Source of the DNA: a virus | Taxonomy: Duplodnaviria; Heunggongvirae; Uroviricota; Caudoviricetes | IMG/VR virus record: IMGVR_UViG_2778261180_000005 | DNA: 36,121 nucleotides | Direction: 5' to 3' (one strand) | Shown here: positions 6,910 to 16,757 of the stretch, one piece after another | Layout of the letters: every line of letters starts with the position of its first letter | Numbering within the stretch: position 1 is the stretch's first letter | Notes under the pieces: model-generated | The model's input: only the letters and a program-made list of their open reading frames with translations | What the model was told of the DNA's origin: nothing | The model's database searches: none | Made by a program: the position numbers and the translations under genes

Positions 6910-9900
6910 TTAAGAAACAGAAATACCCGTAGCGGCTTTCTTAGTAACAATTACAGAAAGATCGCTGATCCATGTGCTGGGAGTCCAGTTGTTGATTGCG
7001 CTTGAACTTACTTCAAAAGTTAGCGTAACTGGTCCGTGTCCGGCTGGCATATCAATAACAGCACTATACAATCCAGTCTGTCTACCATATGCACGGTTAT
7101 ATAATTCAGCACCGTTCTTGCGAACAATCAAGCGACAGTTATCATAGTAAGTATTGTTATTCGAGCCTTCACGCGCATTAAGACCACCAAAGCTAATAGC
7201 AGGAACGATAATCTGACGATCAAACGGGTGATCATCTTCAATTCGAACAGTGATTGTACCTTGCGGATAACCGGGATAGCCCAATGATGGGTTTTCGTCC
7301 CAATGTGGGAATCGACGACCAATAGCTTTCACGAAGTCACCACGCACCTGATTAGCATCAAGCATACCCAAAATGCGGCAACTTGAATTAATCGTTACGT
7401 TGTTCATTTCGCCGGAATCAGCCACCAAATGACCACGAATATTAGCGTGTCTAAAATGACAAGTGCCATCTTTGCCGATATACCATCCATCGTTACCATT
7501 CCAGTTATAAGACTGGATATAGTTACCAATTTTAGCATTATCGATAGAGCCATCAATAATATGACCTGTTCCGATCTGTGCGTGTTGGATGTGAGCGCCG
7601 TTAATCTGGGCTGTGCCGATCTTAGCCGTGGTAATAGCCGCATCACTAATCTGGGCTGTGCCAATTGCAGCATTACGAATCATCGCATTATCGAGATAAA
7701 CTTTGTTATCTTCGATGCCAAACGGACAAACTTCTGATCCGTCTTGTGGAGCTACCGCGATTTTATCAGCCGTAAAGATGATTCTCGTCGGTTCTGCCGG
7801 ATCATTGGTTGCGCTCATATGAATACCAGCCACGCGACCATCTGCATTAACTGCCAGATTATATTTGCTGTTAATGGTTCCCTTCAAAGCATCGATTTTT
7901 ACATCTGCTTCCTGATTCACACCAGCAATCTTGCCATCCATTTCTACCCGAACTTGATCAATCTTACTTGCGCTTGCTGCCTCACTGGTAGCAATTGCTT
8001 GTTTCAGGGTAGTAGCAGATGCGCTAACTTCATTGGTGATATCGCCTTTCAGTTCAGCTTTAACCTGATCAATCTTAGTGGAGCTAGCTTGCTCGCTGGT
8101 AGCAATCAGACTCTTTAAGGTATTGGCTGAGGCTTGGACCGTCTGCCCTGTTTCGGTAGTGATTTGCTTATGCATTGCATCAATTTTAGCATCGGCATTA
8201 GCGCCAGCTTGAGCAATAGCATCCGCGATAGTTTCATCTAAGCGGTCTTGTAAACCAATCAGGTCTTCCAGTGCTTCTTTGTCCTGATCGTCCCAACTAA
8301 TGGTAGATTTCATTTGCATGAAATACGGTTCAGACCAAACAGCATCATCCATACCGAAAATATCATAGTGAGCACCACGGATATAATAATCACCGTCAGC
8401 CAAATCAAAGGAAGTATGACTAACGCTATTGGTAGTCACTGCCCTTGCATCGGAGAAAGTATTATCGGTTGCATACTGAATGATTGACCCTGCATAGTCA
8501 TGTTCTACGTCATCCGCCCAGCTAACAAACGCAGTATTAAAGCCACCACGCGCACTAAAACCTTTCATTGGCTTATGCTGTGGGTTAATAGCCACTAAAC
8601 GCGCTGGGGCGCTCTCTGAGTTGTTATAGCCCTTAGCCGATACTTCTACCGTAAGTTGACGCGAAAGGCCGTTAAACTGGTTCATATCAAGCGTATAAGT
8701 CCATGATTCAGGATCGCGGGTACGGTACTGAATAGACTTACCAGCCTTGTTAGTTACCTTGATAATGTAGGCTTCAAACAGGTCACTAAACTTGTTAGTT
8801 TCACCGTTGATAACCACATCTAAGGCTTGCTGATTTTCCCATTCGATAATCAGATCATTGCCTTCGAAAGTACCAGGTGAGCTACCCTGATTTTTGATGC
8901 GGATCACTGGCGTAGGCAGTTCATAGGTAACTTCTGGATTCTGGTTAACCAGTTCCACCCATTCGGAACGAGCAATAATACCGAAAGCACAAACGCGGTA
9001 ATCGTAGGAACGATCTTTAGCCAGTGCATTGATATTGAAAATTTGCTGTGAAGTCTGTCCCAGCTTAATCCAGTTAGGTGATCCACTCACACGATAATCA
9101 ATCTGGAAACCGTAGCGGTTAAAATCTTCCGGTGCGTCCCATGTCAAAGTTACGTTTTTACCGTGGATTGTCTCACCAGTTGCCTTAATTCTGAAATTAG
9201 TCGGTTTCTGTACTGTCATTGAATCCGGTAAACCAGTCGGTCTATTGTCTGGAGTCGCCGCATAGTTCAGGTCAGTATAAACCTGAGAATTATATTCTGT
9301 GGCGGTGATAGTCATCATCCCAGCAATACCAGAATCAATCGAGCGATCAATTGCAGTAATACGCCATAAGGAATTATTCAGCTTCAATTCATCATAGGTT
9401 ACGCTGATAACATCCCAAACTTCGGCAGTGAATGCGTCAGTAGTCATAAAGCTGATAACCTGAGTGATACGAGATTTATTTCGCTCAATGCTCGCGAGTT
9501 TATCAATCTGGGTTTTAGACTTAACAAAACGATATTCAATATCTTTAGCGATAATTCGACCATCTTGACGAATAGTAGCATCGTTTTCAGCATCAGCCGG
9601 ATAACGGAGCATTTGCTCGGAATAGTCAATTGATGGTTCTTGATACATCGCGTTAATGGTATTGAAATAACCGTTAGTGCCACCTGTTTTCAGTGATACT
9701 TTTCCCATCATGATATTGTCTTCATTGAAGGTATGCTTAACAATATCAGGAGCATCCAGTTTCAGAGTAATACGTCCAAAGGATTCGAACATTACCCCGC
9801 CGAAAGTCTGCATAAGGCTAGTCAAGTTCTCTTTAAAGCTGGCGTTCGGATCACATGCACCGTTTGAATGCAAATCCATCTGGCGTACTTGCTTACGTAC

Positions 9901-10686
9901 TTTCAGGAATGAATCAACGTTAATGTTTTCAATCGGTACGGATAATCCATATTTTTCATTTGTTAGGTAGTGGAAAATCTGGTCCACGCCGTTAGTGCTA
10001 GCCTCAATAGCATTGGTTTCGAGGTTACGAATTTTAAGGCCGCAAACGTCTACCGCTACCTGGCTATTAGGCTGGAGAATATCAACACCAGCAGCCAAAG
10101 ATTTGTCATCACGACGTAAAACAATACACATAGTCGCAATGCCGTTACCCTGATACCGGTCATCCCAATCAGCGCCCAAATGATGTTTAGCAAGATCTAA
10201 TGCAGTGTTAGGATTTTTACCAGTGCGAAACTCGACTTCTAACACTTTGCGATATTCGTCTTTAATGTTTCCTTTATCGAGAATACCATCACGAATTGTC
10301 ATATTCTGACTAATGAGAACGTTTTTATTATCGATGTGCAGTGCTTTAAAGTGATCGATCTCACCTTCGGCAATAGCAAAAATTTGTACCAGTTTGTTAT
10401 TTTCACGCTGTGAAATTGCTTTGTAAACGCAGATTGCACCAGTTCGGGTAGTACCGAAAAGAACGGGTAATACTGTCTTAGGATCGTTTGATGTTCCTAG
10501 TGTCACCGCATTATCTGGGCTTTGTACTTTCGGTGTTTTTGGTGCGCCTACAGTGGAAGCAATCAAGGTCATTGCACCAGCAGCCATACCGATAGCGACT
10601 GCGGTCATAACAGAAAATGTTGCAGCAGCAGCCATCCCAGCAGACGCACCAGCAATAACCGCGCCTACCAATACTTCAAATCCCAT
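6910..10686 (-). CDS. host-specificity / central tail-tip protein (lambda J-like, 1258 aa)
   Basis: Size and position after the NlpC/P60 gene. Ala/Gly-rich hydrophobic N-terminus (gpI-like). FN3-like region. Coiled repeats (ATSEQASSTKIDQVK / ATSEAASASKIDQVR). AxIxxAxI pseudo-repeats near the C-terminus. Confidence 0.9.
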   Translation of the reverse strand: MGFEVLVGAVIAGASAGMAAAATFSVMTAVAIGMAAGAMTLIASTVGAPKTPKVQSPDNAVTLGTSNDPKTVLPVLFGTTRTGAICVYKAISQRENNKLVQIFAIAEGEIDHFKALHIDNKNVLISQNMTIRDGILDKGNIKDEYRKVLEVEFRTGKNPNTALDLAKHHLGADWDDRYQGNGIATMCIVLRRDDKSLAAGVDILQPNSQVAVDVCGLKIRNLETNAIEASTNGVDQIFHYLTNEKYGLSVPIENINVDSFLKVRKQVRQMDLHSNGACDPNASFKENLTSLMQTFGGVMFESFGRITLKLDAPDIVKHTFNEDNIMMGKVSLKTGGTNGYFNTINAMYQEPSIDYSEQMLRYPADAENDATIRQDGRIIAKDIEYRFVKSKTQIDKLASIERNKSRITQVISFMTTDAFTAEVWDVISVTYDELKLNNSLWRITAIDRSIDSGIAGMMTITATEYNSQVYTDLNYAATPDNRPTGLPDSMTVQKPTNFRIKATGETIHGKNVTLTWDAPEDFNRYGFQIDYRVSGSPNWIKLGQTSQQIFNINALAKDRSYDYRVCAFGIIARSEWVELVNQNPEVTYELPTPVIRIKNQGSSPGTFEGNDLIIEWENQQALDVVINGETNKFSDLFEAYIIKVTNKAGKSIQYRTRDPESWTYTLDMNQFNGLSRQLTVEVSAKGYNNSESAPARLVAINPQHKPMKGFSARGGFNTAFVSWADDVEHDYAGSIIQYATDNTFSDARAVTTNSVSHTSFDLADGDYYIRGAHYDIFGMDDAVWSEPYFMQMKSTISWDDQDKEALEDLIGLQDRLDETIADAIAQAGANADAKIDAMHKQITTETGQTVQASANTLKSLIATSEQASSTKIDQVKAELKGDITNEVSASATTLKQAIATSEAASASKIDQVRVEMDGKIAGVNQEADVKIDALKGTINSKYNLAVNADGRVAGIHMSATNDPAEPTRIIFTADKIAVAPQDGSEVCPFGIEDNKVYLDNAMIRNAAIGTAQISDAAITTAKIGTAQINGAHIQHAQIGTGHIIDGSIDNAKIGNYIQSYNWNGNDGWYIGKDGTCHFRHANIRGHLVADSGEMNNVTINSSCRILGMLDANQVRGDFVKAIGRRFPHWDENPSLGYPGYPQGTITVRIEDDHPFDRQIIVPAISFGGLNAREGSNNNTYYDNCRLIVRKNGAELYNRAYGRQTGLYSAVIDMPAGHGPVTLTFEVSSSAINNWTPSTWISDLSVIVTKKAATGISVS

Positions 10687-11105
10687 TATTCACCCCCGAA
10701 TCTATAAACTTGTTCATAGTCAATGTCTGAAACAGGAATGGTCATCCAGATACCATCTTCTTCAACGAGGCCATAACCGGAATAATGAGGAACTACGGAA
10801 TAATATTTGCGGTTTCCTAATTTGTGGGCTGTGACCAGTAAGTCGCCGTCCTGTAAGTCATCAGTGACTAATTTGAAATGTTTCTTAATTGGTTGAAGGA
10901 TATTTGAATACCCGCTTAATTCTTTGCAGATTTTCAAGCCTTCTTCTTTAGTTGAATATTTTTTATAAAGAGAATTATATAGGTCAGTACCAGCGAGAAT
11001 ATCGATGATCTTACATGCAATGAGATTGCAATCATTCTCGCCTTGAACGAACTCCTGACCTATTAAAGAATTGATATAATCGGTGATAAGCCTAGTTTTT
11101 AGCAT
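10686..11105 (-). CDS. NlpC/P60-type tail peptidase (gpK-like), 139 aa from ATG 11105
   Basis: QGENDCNLIACK contains the catalytic-Cys context. Position between the minor tail and J-like genes. GGAGGT 8 nt before ATG 11105. Its stop overlaps the J-like start (TAATG). Confidence 0.75.
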   Translation of the reverse strand: MLKTRLITDYINSLIGQEFVQGENDCNLIACKIIDILAGTDLYNSLYKKYSTKEEGLKICKELSGYSNILQPIKKHFKLVTDDLQDGDLLVTAHKLGNRKYYSVVPHYSGYGLVEEDGIWMTIPVSDIDYEQVYRFGGE

Positions 11106-11151
11106 GTTGAATACCTCCATGCTGTTATTTACTAGGCTTAGGGAGAAGGGA

Positions 11152-11805
11152 TTATTTCTTCGATGAATGCCACTTACTTTCGCTATTCCAGCGACCCGTC
11201 CTTGAGAAGAATAGATCGTTCTCGTTTCCAACATAGGATCGGTGGATACCATCGGAGGCATGACTTCGAGCGTTTTTATCTAGAACTTCCCAGATACTAT
11301 TAAGCTGAAATTCTGATTCGTTTTTACACTCATCATCTTCATGTTCGATGTTAATACCGATGGAATCGACTACCCCACGGAAAACAGGGTAAGTGGTTTC
11401 AACCTTGCCCGTGTTGGGGTTAAGGAAAACCATCTCGATTTTCACATCAGATTTATCGAATTGCTTGTTTCGAATCAGGGTAATGTATTCTTCGCGAACG
11501 TTAGAAACAGTTACGTTGATCCCGTTGTTGTTGATCTCCTTCTCTTCGGTATTCGATGAGATTTGAAGAAAATCACCCGTTGCGAGATACGTAAAACCGT
11601 TATAGTCCAAATCGAAATACCCATCTGTAAGCCGTAGAACGTCCCCTGACGCTGTTATCACTTCGATAATGTGAAACATCGATCCAGTGGAGAAAAGCTG
11701 CGGTAGTGTCAATCTAGACACGTTCTGACCTGTCTGGTCGTTGTATACCTCGATGAAGTCCAGATTAGTGCATAGTTTGCTGAATGATTCCTGAATAGTT
11801 GCCAT
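11152..11805 (-). CDS. minor tail / baseplate-hub protein (gpL position), 217 aa
   Basis: Call is by synteny (second gene after the tape measure). The start ATG overlaps the upstream stop (TAATG at 11805). Confidence 0.6.
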   Translation of the reverse strand: MATIQESFSKLCTNLDFIEVYNDQTGQNVSRLTLPQLFSTGSMFHIIEVITASGDVLRLTDGYFDLDYNGFTYLATGDFLQISSNTEEKEINNNGINVTVSNVREEYITLIRNKQFDKSDVKIEMVFLNPNTGKVETTYPVFRGVVDSIGINIEHEDDECKNESEFQLNSIWEVLDKNARSHASDGIHRSYVGNENDLFFSRTGRWNSESKWHSSKK

Positions 11806-12365
11806 TATACATTCTCCACTAATTCGAATTTCATCTTGCCAATCTGGGCGATCTTCCAATCGATATTTTCAGTTTTGAGAACAAATTCACCTTCTACGTT
11901 CTGATACTTGATCACCTCACCCGCCAGGACGTTCTGACGCAAGTTAGGGAAGAGTTTCATTTCGCCACCTGATTTCACATCTTCGGTGATCGTGTAGATT
12001 TTCTTGTGGTTCTCAAACTGTACAATCGTTCCCGCTTTCAGTGTTCCGGTGAAGTTGGAGAGTCTTACCTTACGCCCACCGCGAGCAGTACCAGCAGCAG
12101 CCGTAACCATCTGGCGTACATCACCTGTATATTTTGAAAAGTAAGACAGTGGCACACTAAAAGGACGACCAAAAAGGTGACGTGCTACAAATTCTTTTAC
12201 TTCGTTAATATCCTGAGCCATGAAATTCGCGGTAAATTCTGCTTCGTAAAAATGGATGCCAGTAAAGCGACGTTGGAACTTACCAGAAATAGATTGCGCC
12301 TTGAAGAAAGGCTGTTTTGATTTAAGAGTAAAATCTGTGATTTTAATATTCTTGGATTTGAACAT
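11805..12365 (-). CDS. distal tail / minor tail protein (gpM position), 186 aa from ATG 12365
   Basis: First gene after the tape measure. The alternative ATG at 12380 lies inside the terminator stem. Confidence 0.6.
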   Translation of the reverse strand: MFKSKNIKITDFTLKSKQPFFKAQSISGKFQRRFTGIHFYEAEFTANFMAQDINEVKEFVARHLFGRPFSVPLSYFSKYTGDVRQMVTAAAGTARGGRKVRLSNFTGTLKAGTIVQFENHKKIYTITEDVKSGGEMKLFPNLRQNVLAGEVIKYQNVEGEFVLKTENIDWKIAQIGKMKFELVENV

Positions 12366-12414
12366 AGAAAAAGCCCCCATAGTTTTATGATTATTTATGA
12401 CTATGGGGGCTTTT
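12366..12414 (-). terminator. hairpin/terminator between tape measure and next gene
   Basis: AAAGCCCCCATAG / CTATGGGGGCTTT stem, 18-nt loop, T-run on both strands. Confidence 0.55.
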
Positions 12415-12416
12415 AA

Positions 12417-14846
12417 TTACATCTTACGGCGCTGTGCGTCTTCTACCGCCTGAGCAACTAACTTAGCGTGACGTTTGATAGCATCCATGACCATCTTGTC
12501 TGAGCTATTAACGTTGCCGTTAATGTTCAAAGGCGCATTAACTTCAATCGGCTGAGAGTTACCACCGCCTGATTTTTGAGCAGCAAGGAAGTCTTTCAAA
12601 TCACCGTTAGTACGCTGATCAACTACTCGTTCACCCTTATCAAGCAACCATGTACCCTCACGAGGGATGTTATCAATACCATCATGAGCCATACCGCTAA
12701 CGTTAGTAGACTTGATGTTTGCGATGCTCCCCATGTTCTGAGAAACAGCCAATGCAGCAGCCGCGATTTTTTGACCTGTGGTTACGTTGGTTGGATCGTT
12801 CCATGCATCGGTAGCAGCCGTCCACATGTTCACCGTCGCTTGTCCAATGGAGAATGCTTTATGAGCAGTGAAAGCCATCTGCATAGCTTTAGTGTTTTCC
12901 TGCCCGAAGAGAGTCATTGCAGCAGCAAAACCGCCATACATATCATCGGCTATTGACTGTCGAGCATCAGCATATTTCTTCTCAATTGCAGCCATTCGTT
13001 TTTGATGGTTTTCATTGAGTTTTTCTAATGCTTCCATCCGTTTAGCCGGATCGGTGATCCCATCAATCTTGAGTTTATCGGTTTTATAATCTTGTTCAGC
13101 GTCCGATTTCTCTTTATCGATTGCATTAAATTTAGCAAACGGGTTATTCGAGTCCTGATAATCTAAACCATTGGTCAACTGATTGGTTTTAAAACCATCC
13201 ATTCCCTGTAAAGAATTTTCAATCTGAGAATAGTTTTGCTCGGTATCGTTCACACGACGCATATATTCTTCGTAGGAGATAGCTTTACCATCAAGTAACC
13301 GTTTATGGCTTTCTAGCTCGTTGTCCCTTATTTGTTGCAATTGTGTTAAGGCATTCAAAGCATCAACCGGATCAGCACCTAAAACCATTTTGTATACGTT
13401 TTCAGTATTCTGATCGATTAAGGATTGGCGTTTCGCGGCTGCGTCTTGCTGAGAGATTAAGCCCAGATCTAAAGCAGTGTCCAAATCTTTCAAGCTGGCT
13501 TCTAACTGCTTGTTCTGAGAAGCAATAGACGCGGCGACCTGCCCTTGCAATTTAACATCAAGTGCATTCAGACGCTTGATTGCATCCTCACGTTCTTTCT
13601 GTGCTTTTTCTGCGGCTTCCTTAGCCTTTTTAGCTGCCTCTTCCGCTTTCTTGCGTGCTTCTTCTTCGGCTTTCTTCTCATTGCCAGACTTACCCAATGA
13701 TTCTGGTCTTACTGGTTTATTTGGTATAGTCAAATCACGGTTAGGATCTGCCTTGCGAGTTAGATGTTCCCCGTTATCGACAACAATCAGAGAGCCATTT
13801 TTCTTATAAGAATCACCAAAACGTTTCTTAAATCCTTCAACATCAAAGCCAGCAGTACGAGGATCGACACCAGCACCACGGATCGCGGCCTTTTCCCAAT
13901 CTGCCAGATTATTCCAACGCTTTTCTTTATTGTACTTGTCAATAATCTTTTGAGCGTCTTTATGGTTGGTGTTAAGAATACCACCAGTTGCGGTCTTGCC
14001 TTCTTTATTCAGTCGATCTAATGCCCTGAATAGAGAACTCTTTTCCCAATCAATATTAAACCAGTCAAATAGCCAGTTTAAGCTATCAACCAAAGGACCA
14101 GTAATGGTCATGCCGACACCTTTCAGGTTATTTTCCAGCTTATTAATATTCTGAGAAAATTTATCATATTTTTTAGCGTTTTCTTCGGTGACGTTAACAG
14201 ATTGATTCTGAATAGCGATCATCGCCTCTTGAGCACTATTATATTTCTCAAGCTGGCTGGTCATATGGCTTGAATCACTGGCTAAAGATTCCATCATGAA
14301 CTTGATTTCAGCCATTGATTTTCCGGCTTTCTTCATGTCATAGAACACTTGGATCGCCGCTTTCATACCACCTTGCGGATCTGTCATGAAGTGAGCATAG
14401 TTTTCTAACTTAAGGCCAACCGATTCTAAGTCATCAGCAATACCACCACCGTTAGCCCACGCATCACCCATCTTATCTAAGGTGTCTTTGTTGATATCGC
14501 CAAATTTTTCAACTGTTAAGCCAGTGCCAGAAAATTCCTTTTCCAGTCTTTGAAGGGATTCAATCGAGAGTCCGGTCGCCTTAGATACTTCTGAATACTG
14601 TTTAACGTATTCCGCGCCAGCTTTAGCGGCTGCAACCACTGCGGTCGCAACTAAGCCGATACCACCAGCAGCCAAACCAGCAGAGCCAGCGATCCCACGA
14701 AGAGACCCAGTCAGACCAGATAAGCCACCACCAAAATCAATATTACTTGCCTTTTCAGACAAACTATCGAGAAGGTCGGCGGCTTCATTGGTACTTCTCC
14801 TTAGACCTTTATTATCCCCTTCTATTGTTACTATATGTCTTGTCAT
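12417..14846 (-). CDS. tail tape measure protein (809 aa)
   Basis: Length, Gly/Ala-rich hydrophobic segments, long EK-rich coiled coil, and position after the G/T chaperone pair. Confidence 0.9.
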   Translation of the reverse strand: MTRHIVTIEGDNKGLRRSTNEAADLLDSLSEKASNIDFGGGLSGLTGSLRGIAGSAGLAAGGIGLVATAVVAAAKAGAEYVKQYSEVSKATGLSIESLQRLEKEFSGTGLTVEKFGDINKDTLDKMGDAWANGGGIADDLESVGLKLENYAHFMTDPQGGMKAAIQVFYDMKKAGKSMAEIKFMMESLASDSSHMTSQLEKYNSAQEAMIAIQNQSVNVTEENAKKYDKFSQNINKLENNLKGVGMTITGPLVDSLNWLFDWFNIDWEKSSLFRALDRLNKEGKTATGGILNTNHKDAQKIIDKYNKEKRWNNLADWEKAAIRGAGVDPRTAGFDVEGFKKRFGDSYKKNGSLIVVDNGEHLTRKADPNRDLTIPNKPVRPESLGKSGNEKKAEEEARKKAEEAAKKAKEAAEKAQKEREDAIKRLNALDVKLQGQVAASIASQNKQLEASLKDLDTALDLGLISQQDAAAKRQSLIDQNTENVYKMVLGADPVDALNALTQLQQIRDNELESHKRLLDGKAISYEEYMRRVNDTEQNYSQIENSLQGMDGFKTNQLTNGLDYQDSNNPFAKFNAIDKEKSDAEQDYKTDKLKIDGITDPAKRMEALEKLNENHQKRMAAIEKKYADARQSIADDMYGGFAAAMTLFGQENTKAMQMAFTAHKAFSIGQATVNMWTAATDAWNDPTNVTTGQKIAAAALAVSQNMGSIANIKSTNVSGMAHDGIDNIPREGTWLLDKGERVVDQRTNGDLKDFLAAQKSGGGNSQPIEVNAPLNINGNVNSSDKMVMDAIKRHAKLVAQAVEDAQRRKM

Positions 14847-14857
14847 AAATTACCCCT

Positions 14858-15199
14858 TTAACCGCTTCTGAGTTTCTCAAGCAAAGATGGATCAAACATG
14901 TTCAGCATTGCCGCTTTACGTTCTTCTTCTTTCTTGCGTGCAATTTCTTCCAGTTCTTCTTTAGTTTTAAAGAGTTTTTCTTCTCTAATTAATTGGAATT
15001 GGCTAGGCTTGAGTTTACGTGCAGTTTCGCGTGTCATTCCTTGCGACGTCATATACATGGAATATTGCAACATCGCATTCTGCATATCATGAAACGCGGG
15101 GCTTTGTGGTTCTAAGTAGGTGTCGAAAATGTATAATTTCCAAAACAGAGTGATTGGCATATTATCCATTTCATCTTTACTAAGCCCCGATCTCATCAT
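14858..15199 (-). CDS. tail assembly chaperone, T-like distal part (probably made as a G-T frameshift fusion)
   Basis: ORF in the -1 frame relative to the upstream chaperone ORF. No SD before its ATG. The -1 frame is open from just upstream of the G stop codon. Confidence 0.6.
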   Translation of the reverse strand: MMRSGLSKDEMDNMPITLFWKLYIFDTYLEPQSPAFHDMQNAMLQYSMYMTSQGMTRETARKLKPSQFQLIREEKLFKTKEELEEIARKKEEERKAAMLNMFDPSLLEKLRSG

Positions 15200-15228
15200 T
15201 TGCCGGAAATAGAAATTCAGAAGCGGGT

Positions 15229-15537
15229 TTACTTTACCTCGTTTTCAATTACTGCCGGATCTTGCATCAATGACGCTTGAGCAACTAAACCGATTAATTC
15301 ACTTCGAACGTTAGTATACAGTGCCTTAACTTGTTCCATAGATTCAAATACTGGCTTACCGTCTTCATCTTCAATACAACGAAGAATAGAACGTTCATCA
15401 CGGTCTTCTTTATCAGTATTGAAAACATGTTCGTTAAATTCTTTTACTGACATAGGGCGAGCATAGAAAGTGAATCCACCGATGGTCAAAGATTCACGTT
15501 TCGGAGAGAGTGCGGCTAACATTTCATTAATATTCAT
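15229..15537 (-). CDS. tail assembly chaperone (gpG-like, 102 aa)
   Basis: Small acidic ORF between the tube and tape measure genes, the canonical position. Confidence 0.65.
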   Translation of the reverse strand: MNINEMLAALSPKRESLTIGGFTFYARPMSVKEFNEHVFNTDKEDRDERSILRCIEDEDGKPVFESMEQVKALYTNVRSELIGLVAQASLMQDPAVIENEVK

Positions 15538-15585
15538 TCTTGTTTCCTCTTAAGTTAATTCGATATGTTTATTTAGAATTGGAAA

Positions 15586-15611
15586 CAAAAAAGCCACCCC
15601 GAAGGATGGCT
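15586..15611 (-). terminator. rho-independent terminator after the tube gene
   Basis: Minus strand reads GCCATCC-TTCG-GGGTGGC followed by TTTTTT. Confidence 0.8.
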
Positions 15612-15619
15612 AGATAATA

Positions 15620-16093
15620 TTAGACGACTTTCTGGAAAACAGCTTGTTTAACCGGAGCACCATCTACTACAAAGGTGAAGGTACGGCCTACTACAGCATC
15701 CTCACCACCAGTCATGGTAGTTTTAGACAGGAAGCCGTTATAAGCGATATGTACACCAGATTTTTTCGTAGCATCGATGTAGTAAGCAATTTTAAGCTGT
15801 ACGCGCTTACCGTCTTCGGTTGCTTTAATCAGTTTTTCGTGTACTTCGTTACCCGGCATGTAGTTGATCGAAAGTTCGATATCCGGTACAGACATACGAC
15901 CAACCAGCTTACGGTTATAAGCACCAGAGAAGTTAGGAACATCGATCGTAGAACGTTCTACACCAGTTTCCGGGAACGCTGCGCATTCTGGGATTTCCAG
16001 ATAGGTTTCAGCATCAAGGTCTTTATTGCTTACGTCTTCTTGCAGAAACAGACCAACGAGGCCACCAGAGAAAATATCAAATTTAGTAGTCAT
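15620..16093 (-). CDS. major tail tube protein (157 aa)
   Basis: Immediately upstream of the chaperone pair, optimised codons, strong terminator. Paralogous to the N-terminal half of the 277-aa protein. Confidence 0.8.
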   Translation of the reverse strand: MTTKFDIFSGGLVGLFLQEDVSNKDLDAETYLEIPECAAFPETGVERSTIDVPNFSGAYNRKLVGRMSVPDIELSINYMPGNEVHEKLIKATEDGKRVQLKIAYYIDATKKSGVHIAYNGFLSKTTMTGGEDAVVGRTFTFVVDGAPVKQAVFQKVV

Positions 16094-16147
16094 TATTCTT
16101 TTCCTTCTATTTTAAACAATAGGGCACATACCCGTAATTCTATTTAT

Positions 16148-16450
16148 TTAGCGGTTGCTCAAACGTCTATAACGAAGATGAGCGACCCCCCTATTTGTGC
16201 TAACGGTAATTACCGCCCCTTGCGGTGCAATACAAGAATGGATCTGTCCCCAATCATGCCCCTTATGGCTTCCAGAAACACAAAAACCATGAATAAACAA
16301 TTCAGAGTCACCGCCGCCACCACCGGAAGAATGAGCACAGAATGAAATAGTCCCGAAAGCGTCGGCTGTCCAACCGTTAGGAATATCAAACCATCCTTGA
16401 TTTGCTTTACCCGCCCTATTCCCCAAAGCGCCATCTACCCAAAATGCCAT
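16148..16450 (-). CDS. Gly-rich small protein, paralogue 3 of 3 (100 aa)
   Basis: Shares W..(5-15)..FDIPNGW, a Gly-rich loop and a V(S/T)F/V...(Y/R)(F/Y)(K/R) C-terminus with the two upstream ORFs. Start overlaps the upstream stop (TAATG). Confidence 0.7.
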   Translation of the reverse strand: MAFWVDGALGNRAGKANQGWFDIPNGWTADAFGTISFCAHSSGGGGGDSELFIHGFCVSGSHKGHDWGQIHSCIAPQGAVITVSTNRGVAHLRYRRLSNR

Positions 16451-16755
16451 TAGTGCATTCTCCTGAATTTGAAATAATGCAATCCACCTTTACCCAATGT
16501 AAAGCTAACGGTAGCACCAGCGCCAACTAAAGAACTAGCGCCCCAACTTCCGGCATTACCAGCGTGATGACCTGATTCAATCAATCCATTTACAGCCAAT
16601 TCAGAATCAAGATCACCAGCACCGTTAATGGCTTCCATATGAGCAAAAACAATTCCGCATGAATCAGTGACCCAACCGTTGGGGATATCAAAATATCCAC
16701 CATTAGCCCAAATACTAATAGCGTTTGACATTCTTTGATTTATCCATCCAGCCAT
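16450..16755 (-). CDS. Gly-rich small protein, paralogue 2 of 3 (101 aa)
   Basis: YFDIPNGW ... GATVSFTLGKGGLHYFKF. GGAG SD lies inside the end of paralogue 1. Confidence 0.7.
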   Translation of the reverse strand: MAGWINQRMSNAISIWANGGYFDIPNGWVTDSCGIVFAHMEAINGAGDLDSELAVNGLIESGHHAGNAGSWGASSLVGAGATVSFTLGKGGLHYFKFRRMH

Positions 16756-16757
16756 AA

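Larger units (their letters stand above)
14858..15537 (-). other. candidate programmed -1 frameshift product (G-T fusion), slip at A_AAG (15232-15235) next to the TAA stop
   Basis: The G frame ends GTA AAG TAA. Shifting -1 on A_AAG reads GTA AAC CCG ... CAA ATG ATG, directly into the T ORF. Confidence 0.4.

Noticed and set aside
15644-16345. 233-aa plus-strand ORF
   Set aside because: Runs antisense across the tube gene and the third Gly-rich paralogue. No SD and implausible composition.
16210-16434. 74-aa alternative-frame minus-strand ORF
   Set aside because: Nested out of frame within paralogue 3. The paralogue frame is supported by similarity to the two neighbouring genes.
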